From assembly GCA_963708075.1 (NCBI GenBank), contig OY970194.1, forward strand, positions 6,656,001 to 6,720,000: DNA of 64,000 nucleotides. Reading direction: 5' to 3'. The notes under the pieces are model-generated. The model ran no database searches, was not told the origin of the DNA, and was given only the letters and a program-made list of their open reading frames with translations. The translations under genes and the position numbers were made by a program. Origin of the DNA: Sedimentisphaerales bacterium (GTDB lineage: Bacteria > Planctomycetota > Phycisphaerae > Sedimentisphaerales > Anaerobacaceae). This document shows, piece by piece, positions 57,157 to 64,000 of this stretch. The number at the start of each line of letters is the position of its first letter. The first letter of the stretch is position 1.

Positions 57157-58794
57157 ATGAAGTCATACATCATCGCTGCAATTCGTAGGGTGTGCATCGC
57201 ACACCATTCATTAGAATCGATCCGAAGCAAGCGGTGTGCGGTGCACACCCTACGGCTTATCATCGTCCTGGTTGCCCTTTGTGGGCAGGCGATTGCTGGT
57301 TCGGGTGCGGACGGGACATTGAAGGTAGACGTTCGCAAGCGTGTCGCGTCTGCGGATGCTCCGGACCGGGCTCACATCGTCTGCGAGACACAGCAGTGGA
57401 AGCCGGCCGAGACCGCCATCGTCATCTGCGACATGTGGGATCACCACTGGTGCAAGGGGGCGAGCGAGCGCGTGGCCGAGTTAACGCCGGTGATGGATCG
57501 TGTCGTCTCTACGGCGAGGGACAAGGGCGTGCTCATCATTCACTCGCCCAGCGGGACCATCGACCGCTACAAGGATCACCCGGCACGCCAGCGGGCCAAA
57601 GCGGCTCCGAGAGCGGCGAATGTCCCGGCGGGCATCGAGTCGTGGTGCCCGTGGAAGGACGAGACGGAGAAGAAAGTGTATCCGATCGACCAGTCCGACG
57701 GCGGCTGCGATTGCCGGCCGCGATGCAAGGAGGCCTCGCCCTGGACCGGGCAGATCGATGCCATCGAGATCAAGGACGCCGACGCGATCAGCGATTCCGG
57801 CGTGGAGGTCTGGAACCTGCTGGAGCAGCGGGGGATCAGGAACGTGATCCTCATGGGCGTGCATACGAATATGTGTGTGCTCGGGCGGCCCTTTGGACTT
57901 CGCAACCTGGCCAAGGCCGGCAAGAACGTCGTGCTCATGCGGGACATGACGGACACGATGTATAATTCGCGCCAGCGGCCAAATGTCAATCACTTCACGG
58001 GCACCGACCTCATCATCGAGCACATCGAGAGATACATCTGCCCGACCGTTGCATCCACCGCCTTCACGGGCCGGCCGCCGTTTCGATTCAAAGAGGACAA
58101 GCGGCCATCCGTCGTGTTCCTCTCGGCCGAGAACGAATACAACGCCGCCGAGACGCTCCCTGTCTTTGCACGCGAGTTGGAGCTTCATCGCGGCCTGCGT
58201 TGCGAGATCCTCCAGGCCAGCACCGCCAAGCAAGGCGAGGAGATCCACTTCATCAGCGGCATGGAGACGCTGGCCAACGCCGATCTGGTTGTCGTTTATG
58301 CCCGGCGAAGGGGCTTCCAGGCCGACCAGATGAAGTACCTGCGGGACTTCCTCGACCGGGGCAAGCCGCTGATCGGCCTTCGCACGGCCAGTCACGCATT
58401 CGACTCCCGCGGCAGCGCGCCGAAAGAGGGACACGACGAGTGGGCGAAGTTCGATCCCGAGGTGCTCGGCGGCAACTATCACGGGCACTATGGCGCCGGT
58501 CCCGTGGCAACGGTGATGCTCGCCCCCGGCGCTGAGAATCATCCCATTCTCAAGGGCATCGAGCTGCCCCTGCGGAGCAACGGCTCGCTCTACAAAGCAA
58601 GCCCGCTAGTCGCCGGGACCACGCCACTGCTCATCGGCGAGATTGCCGACCAGAAACCCGAGCCCGTGGCATGGACGCACCAGTACAAGAACTCCCGCGT
58701 GTTCTACACTTCGCTCGGCCATCCCGACGACTTCGCGAACCCGCAATTCCAAACGCTGCTAACCAACGCTGTCTTCTGGGCGATGGAAAGATAG
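57157..58794 (+). CDS. Isochorismatase-like + ThuA-like fusion protein, exported
   Basis: ICDMWD.HWC, GVHTNMCVLGR, GLRTASHAF and RVFYTSLGH. Confidence 0.85.
   Translation: MKSYIIAAIRRVCIAHHSLESIRSKRCAVHTLRLIIVLVALCGQAIAGSGADGTLKVDVRKRVASADAPDRAHIVCETQQWKPAETAIVICDMWDHHWCKGASERVAELTPVMDRVVSTARDKGVLIIHSPSGTIDRYKDHPARQRAKAAPRAANVPAGIESWCPWKDETEKKVYPIDQSDGGCDCRPRCKEASPWTGQIDAIEIKDADAISDSGVEVWNLLEQRGIRNVILMGVHTNMCVLGRPFGLRNLAKAGKNVVLMRDMTDTMYNSRQRPNVNHFTGTDLIIEHIERYICPTVASTAFTGRPPFRFKEDKRPSVVFLSAENEYNAAETLPVFARELELHRGLRCEILQASTAKQGEEIHFISGMETLANADLVVVYARRRGFQADQMKYLRDFLDRGKPLIGLRTASHAFDSRGSAPKEGHDEWAKFDPEVLGGNYHGHYGAGPVATVMLAPGAENHPILKGIELPLRSNGSLYKASPLVAGTTPLLIGEIADQKPEPVAWTHQYKNSRVFYTSLGHPDDFANPQFQTLLTNAVFWAMER
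57185..57253. repeat. GTAG-type REP doublet (family A3)
   Basis: GTAGGGTGTGCATCGCACACC...GGTGTGCGGTGCACACCCTAC; single copy at 61653-61673. Confidence 0.85.
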
Positions 58795-58880
58795 GACTTA
58801 TAGGACGCATTGGACTTATGGGACCTATGTTGTCGTGGTGCAGAATTGGTCCTATTCGTCCCATGTGTCCGATTAGTCTT
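58791..58880. repeat. Inverted pair of 9-mer tandem arrays
   Basis: ATAGGACTT ATAGGACGC ATTGGACTT ATGGGACCT, followed by the complementary array GGTCCTATT CGTCCCATG TGTCCGATT AGTC. Confidence 0.7.
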
Positions 58881-58916
58881 GTGTGCAGCGTTTTGCGCAA
58901 AATTTACTTCGCGCCT

Positions 58917-58946
58917 TGTCAACCGCGGGGCTACGATGGCCGTCTA
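58917..58946 (+). promoter_or_regulatory. Putative autoregulatory ECF promoter
   Basis: TGTCAAC-N17-CGTCTA (AAC and CGT hallmarks) just upstream of the sigma gene. Confidence 0.55.
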
Positions 58947-58972
58947 TGCCCGTAGTTGGAGCCGTAGCATTG

Positions 58973-59557
58973 ATGGCAAGTAGCGACGAGAGCTTAGTGG
59001 CCGCCCATCTCGCGGGTGATCAGGCGGCGTTTTGTGAGCTTGTCCGACGGTACGGGGACGGCGTGCTGGGGTATTTGTTCCACATGACGGGCAATCTGAG
59101 CCAGGCCGAAGACCTTTTCCAGGAGACCTTCAAGCGGGTCCACGAGAAGGCCCACACCTTCCGCGGCGGACGCTTCAAAAGCTGGCTCTTCACCATCGCC
59201 ACCCGTGCGGCCATCGATCACCGCCGGCGCAAACGCCTGACGCTCGTCTCCCTGGATCAGGCGGACGATTGCGACGAGGCGAATCCATCGCAGGCTGGTG
59301 CCCTGGCGGACGACAATGCCGCTGACCCGGCCAACGAGTTGGTCAAAGAGGAGCAGAAACAGCAGGTCCGGCAGGCGATTGATATGCTCCCCGTCAAGCA
59401 GCGGGCGACCCTCATTCTCGCCTACTATCAGCAGCTCAGCTACCAGGAGGTGGCGCAGGTGATGGGCTGCTCCATCGGCACGGTGAAGACCCAGATGTCG
59501 CGGGCGCTGGCTGCCCTGGCGCGGAAACTGCCGGACTCCATTGGCGTGACGGAATGA
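58973..59557 (+). CDS. ECF sigma-70 factor
   Basis: GDQAAFCELVRRY, AEDLFQETF, FKSWLFTIA and LSYQEVAQVMGCSIGTVKT. Confidence 0.93.
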   Translation: MASSDESLVAAHLAGDQAAFCELVRRYGDGVLGYLFHMTGNLSQAEDLFQETFKRVHEKAHTFRGGRFKSWLFTIATRAAIDHRRRKRLTLVSLDQADDCDEANPSQAGALADDNAADPANELVKEEQKQQVRQAIDMLPVKQRATLILAYYQQLSYQEVAQVMGCSIGTVKTQMSRALAALARKLPDSIGVTE

Positions 59558-61484
59558 ACATGCACTTGACGGAACAACAACTGATCGACTACCAGTTCAA
59601 GCTGGCCTCCGACGCCGGTATGGAGGAAGCCCGTGCGCACCTCGATCAATGCGAGGCGTGCCGCCAGCGGCTGGCAGGGCTGAATCGTAAATTCGCCACC
59701 CTGGACGTGCTTCGCGAGGAGGTCAAGCCGTCAGATGCCCTGATTGCCGGAACGGTTGAGAATGCATCAAAAGCTCGCCGCACGAGAGTGATCCCGATGC
59801 TGTCAATGCCCTGGCTGGGGGCAACCGCCGCGGCAATCGTTGTCGGCGTGGCCGTATTCATGATGTCAAACCAGGAACAACTGGAACGCTTGGAGAAGAC
59901 CCCGGCCCCTGCAGTGCAGGAGATGAAGGACGCCCCGGCCCAGACGGTAGAGAAAGAACTTGCGTCCGAGCCTCGCAAGATGGCGCTTGCCCCGGCGCAG
60001 CCCTCGCTCGGACAGGGTCTTGCTCAGTCATCGGCGGGTGGCAGCGTCAAGACCGAAGGTCTTGGCGATGGTTCTTTCGTACTTGAACAGGGCCATCGCC
60101 AAGCTGCGCTTGACGCTGCCACCCAGCCCGCACAGTCTGGCGCCATATCCGAGAAGCCGCCATTCGCGCCGGCCAGCGCCATCGAGTTGGTCGTCCTGCC
60201 TCGACGGGAGAACGTGCAACTGACGATCTACAACGGCGCGGACCTGACGCTGGTGCGGGAACGTCGGAATCTGACCTTGAAGCAGGGCTGGAACTGGCTG
60301 CAATTCATGTGGGCCAATACGCTGATCGACCCGACCTCGCTGACCCTTGAGCCTCTGGAGCACAAGGACCAGGTGCAGGTCCAGCAGTTGGTCTTCCCGC
60401 CAAGGCTGCGGGAGCTCGGCCGCTGGCTGATCCGCTCCGAGGTGAGCGGCCAGGTGCCCTTCGAGCTAACCTACTCTCACCAGCTACCTATCTTGGCGAG
60501 CCTTCTACATGGGCACGCTCTCGCAAGACGAAAGAACAATGCACTTGGAGGCCTACGTCCGCGTCGCCAACGGTAGCGGCGAGGACTATGAGCATGCCCA
60601 AGTTCGCCTCCTCGTTGGTCGCGTCCATCTGCTCGACCGTATTGCCTACTTGGCCCGCCAGCAATATCCCTACGGTCGTCCAGGTATGACCAAAGACCCT
60701 CGTTGGGTCGAAACGGCCGGGATGACGAGGGACGAACTCGTGCGGATTAAAAGTGCTGAGGCCCAGGCAGCGGCTGGCGACAAGGTCAAGCAGATCGTCA
60801 AGGAGGGGCTCAGCGAGTACTTCCTTTATACGATCGAAGGGACGGAGACGATTCCGAACAAGTGGGGCAAGAGGTTGCTTTCGTTCGAGACCGATGAGAT
60901 TCCGATCAAGGCGTTGTACAAGTACGACGAGGAGCGGTGGGGGGACTCAGACGATCCAATTCCTGTCATTCGCCAATGACGAGGAGCACAAGCTCGGCGA
61001 GACGCCGCTGCCGGATGGCATGGTTCGCATCTACGGCAGGGCGGATGAGCATGGGCATTTGTCCTATGTCGGCGGCACAAGTGTGAAGTACATCCCGGTC
61101 GGTGAGGAGGTGGAGCTGAATCTTGGACCCGCCCGGCTGGTCGAGGTCAAGCCGGTCCTGATGGACTATCGAACGGAGAACCATGTCTTCGATCAGGACG
61201 GCAACGTTGGCGGCTGGGACGAGGTGCGGACGTGGAAGATCGAGGTCACCAACACGCGCACGCTGCCGGTGGAGATCGAGATCACTCGCGGCCTTGGGAC
61301 GGCCTACTGGACGTTGAAGCAGGGGGACTCGCCGGCAGCCTTCGAGAAACATGATGTGACGCACGCTCGCTTCCGGCTGACTGTCGAGCCGCGGAGCAAG
61401 CGGACTTTTGAGTATACGGTGACGACTTATCACGGTGTCCGCGAGCAGTCGGCCCCAAACGCCAGAATATTGAATGGAAATTGA
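59554..61484 (+). CDS. Zinc-finger (HxxxCxxC) anti-sigma factor fused to a DUF4139/DUF4140-type domain (apparent frameshifts near 60477 and 60943)
   Basis: HLDQCEAC, a TM segment, then VQLTIYN.ADLTLVRERR, N.SGEDY, LPDGMVRIY and YIPVGEEVEL; ATGA overlap with the sigma gene. Confidence 0.8.
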
Positions 61485-61530
61485 GTTGTGATATTGGAAT
61501 GTCAGACGCTGCAACGGAATGAGTCCCATC

Positions 61531-61605
61531 ATGTCACCCCCGCGCAGGCTGGGGTCCAGGATGCTTCGATGTGTAAATGGATTCCCGCCTTCGCGGGGAT
61601 GACAT
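61531..61605. repeat. Family D doublet (GTCA[T/C].CCC...GG.GATGAC) between DUF4139 genes
   Basis: atgtcacccccgcgcaggctggggtcca...tggattcccgccttcgcggggatgacat. Confidence 0.8.
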
Positions 61606-61691
61606 GTGGGCAGTTTGGTTGTCGTGTCATTCTGTCAAGGGCTTTTAGAGAAGGTGTGCGGTGCACACCCTACGAATTTGGGAGATTTGTT

Positions 61692-62842
61692 ATGATCGCA
61701 AAACGTGCTGTATTGATCGTGGTTCTGGTTCTGCTGTGTGTCGGGGCGGCTCAGGCGAGGATCAAGCTGGTGGCGCTGCCGGAGCGGGCGGCGACGGTGA
61801 TCCGACTGGACAATCCCAACGCCACGCTGATCGAGGAGGAACGAGTCCTGACGCTTCAGAAGGGGCTCAACAAGGTGGATTTCTCGTGGAAGGGCGTGCA
61901 GATCGATGAAGATTCGATCCGTCTGCAGAGTACTCGACCATCCGGCGGATGTGACGCTGCTGAGCGTCAGCTATCCGCCGGGCGAGGCGGCGCTGGTCTG
62001 GGAGATCAGCAGCGGCGGCGACTTCGCCGAGACCGTCCGCATCAGCTACCTGCTGAGCAACATCGACCGGCTGATCACCTACAAGGCCGTCGCCAATAAG
62101 CCGGAGACGCTCGTCGATCTCAAGAGCTACCTGGTCCTGCGCAACTTCTCCGGCGAGGATTTCGCGAAGGCCCGCGTCCTGCTCGACTACGGCGAGGCCT
62201 TCGAGCAGGGCATCGACCACGAGGAGACCAAGCAGATGCTGTTCCTCACCGAGCCGAACGTGCCGGTCCGCAAGATCTGGACGTTCGACGCCGCGCACGC
62301 TGCCGTGGGACCCGGAGCAGCTCGAGAACCAGAACGTCGGCATCCCCGTCAGCTACGAGGTCACCAACAGCGACAAGAGCCGGCCTGGGCAAGTTCGCCC
62401 TCTGGGGCGGCAAGGCCCGCCTCTTCCAGGAGGACGGCCACGGCAGCACGATCTTCCTCGGCGAGGACAACGCCTCGCTCGTGCCGGTCGGCGAGAAGAT
62501 GGAGCTCTACATCGGCGACAGCCGGGATATCGTCGTCACGCAGCGAAAGATGCGGGACGCCCAGATCGATATCCGCAAGAACAACGCCAACGCAAGTCGT
62601 CCTCTTCGACACCGACGAGATCATCACGGCCAAGATCGAGAACTTCAAGGACAGCCCCGCCGTCCTGACGATGATCCAGCACATCCCCGGCCAGTGGGAC
62701 ATGGAGGAGTGCAACATGAAGTACACTAAGAAGGACGCCACCACTCTCAAATTCGAGATCGAGCTGCCCGCCGCGAACCGCAGAGGGCCCGGCGGTGAAG
62801 GAACTGACGATGCACTACCACCGCCGCAACGTCCGTCCGTGA
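61692..62842 (+). CDS. Exported DUF4139-type protein (several apparent frameshifts)
   Basis: Signal peptide AQA, TLIEEERVLTLQKGLN, NFSGEDF and PVGEKMEL; paralog of its neighbours. Confidence 0.75.
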
Positions 62843-62880
62843 GGTTCTGAAATGGTGAGGACGTCGACAAACGCCTCCGT

Positions 62881-62950
62881 ATGTCATTCCCGCGAAAGCG
62901 GGAATCCAGGAACCTATGGAGTGGACCCCCGCCTTCGCGGGGGTGACATC
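62881..62950. repeat. Family D doublet containing ATTCCC-N8-GGGAAT
   Basis: atgtcattcccgcgaaagcgggaatcca...tggacccccgccttcgcgggggtgacat. Confidence 0.8.
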
Positions 62951-63026
62951 GTGGGGAGTTCCGGGGTATCAGCAAGTTCGCAGGGTGGGCTATGCCCACC
63001 ATCTGCCTGTGAAAGGAAAGATCGTT

Positions 63027-64000
63027 ATGAAACGGATATACGCAGTCCTGATAATACTCACCGTCCTAATCGGCATTGCGTCAGCAAAGGTGGATCTGAC
63101 AACCTTGCCGACGCGCGACACCGTGCAGCTGACGATCTACAATTCCGCCGACATGACCCTCGTCCGCGAGAGCCGGGCCCTGACCCTTAAAGAGGGCGTG
63201 AACAGCTCTACAGTTCTCCTGGGAGAACACACTGATCGACCCGACCAGCCTGGAGATGCTGCCCAAGGCCCAGGCCGACAAGATCGAGATCGCCGAGCTG
63301 GTGTATCCGCCGCGAGTGAAGAACCTGGGCATGTGGAACATCCAGAGCGAGGTCAGCGGCAAGGTGCCGGTGGAGATCACGTACCTGACCAGCGGCCTGA
63401 CCTGGCGGGCCTTCTACATGGGCACGCTGTCGCCGGACGAAAAGACGATGCGGCTGCAGGGCTACGTCCGCGTGACGAACAACAGCGGCGAGGACTATGA
63501 GAACGCCCAGACCCGCCTCATCGTCGGCCAGGTCCACATCCTCGACCAGATCGCCGAGCTGGCCCGGCGACAGTATCCCTACGGCCGGCCGGGAGAGGTC
63601 GTTCCCCTGGATCGGATGGCGCCCGCCCCAGCGGTGGCGGCTCCGGAAAGAAGACTGAAGGCTGCTGCGGTATTTGACATGGCTGCCAGCAAGCCCAAGG
63701 AAATCGTGAAGGAGGGCCTGAGCGAGTACTTCCTCTACACGATCGAAGGCACGGAGACGATTCCGACCGGCTGGTCGAAGCGGCTGGCGAGCTTCGATGT
63801 TGACGGGCGTGCCTGTCGTCAACCTCTACAAGTTCGAGGAAGAGCGGTACTGCCCGCGCGTCAATCGGTTCCTCAGCTTCAAGAACGACGAGGCCCACAA
63901 GCTTGGCCAGACCCCAATCCCCGACGGCAATCTCAAGGTGTATCGCATCGGTCGATGATCGAAGCACCTGTCCTACGAGGGCCAGTCCTCGTTCAAGTAC
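63027..64000 (+). CDS. Exported DUF4139-type protein, partial (apparent frameshifts)
   Basis: Signal peptide ASA, VQLTIYNSADMTLVRESR, NNSGEDY and IVKEGLSEYFLYTIEGTETIP; very similar to the domain in 59554-61484. Confidence 0.8.

Overview
A GC-rich bacterial chromosomal window, most likely from a Planctomycetota (Phycisphaerae/Sedimentisphaerales-like) genome. That assignment is inferred from DUF1080, Tat-exported Gfo/Idh and Hyi-like enzymes, a PAPGA-type PEP-CTERM protein and heptamer repeats; it was not searched. From left to right: pirin, DUF169, three exported peptidases/hydrolases, GH2 and GH9 glycosidases, and an ECF sigma/anti-sigma/Spy-like operon back-to-back with an 11-gene type II secretion operon (gspE,F,G,H,I,J,K,L,M,C-like,D). 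Next come an IS4-family element with 14-bp TIRs and 9-bp DRs inserted into a palindromic repeat, Tat enzymes, an LptC-like gene plus a ~1,760-aa surface protein with a Cys-containing C-terminal sorting signal, tRNA-Gly(TCC) and proA. A lower-GC accessory segment follows (HEPN protein, KaiC-like ATPase fused to a solute-binding-protein fold, HNH-AP2). The right end holds DUF1080, an OM beta-barrel, a 2-oxoacid:ferredoxin oxidoreductase operon, a PEP-CTERM-like protein, an SDR, an isochorismatase-ThuA fusion, and an ECF sigma followed by a zinc-finger anti-sigma-DUF4139 fusion and two more DUF4139 paralogs. The strongest leads are (1) the cytoplasmic KaiC-SBP fusion, (2) the ECF/anti-sigma-DUF4139 system, (3) twin divergent ECF-type promoters tying the T2SS to its neighbouring ECF, and (4) several palindromic and heptamer repeat families that enter coding regions and are targeted by the IS. 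Many single-base frameshifts are probably long-read assembly errors. All domain calls come from motif recognition by eye; no database search was run.
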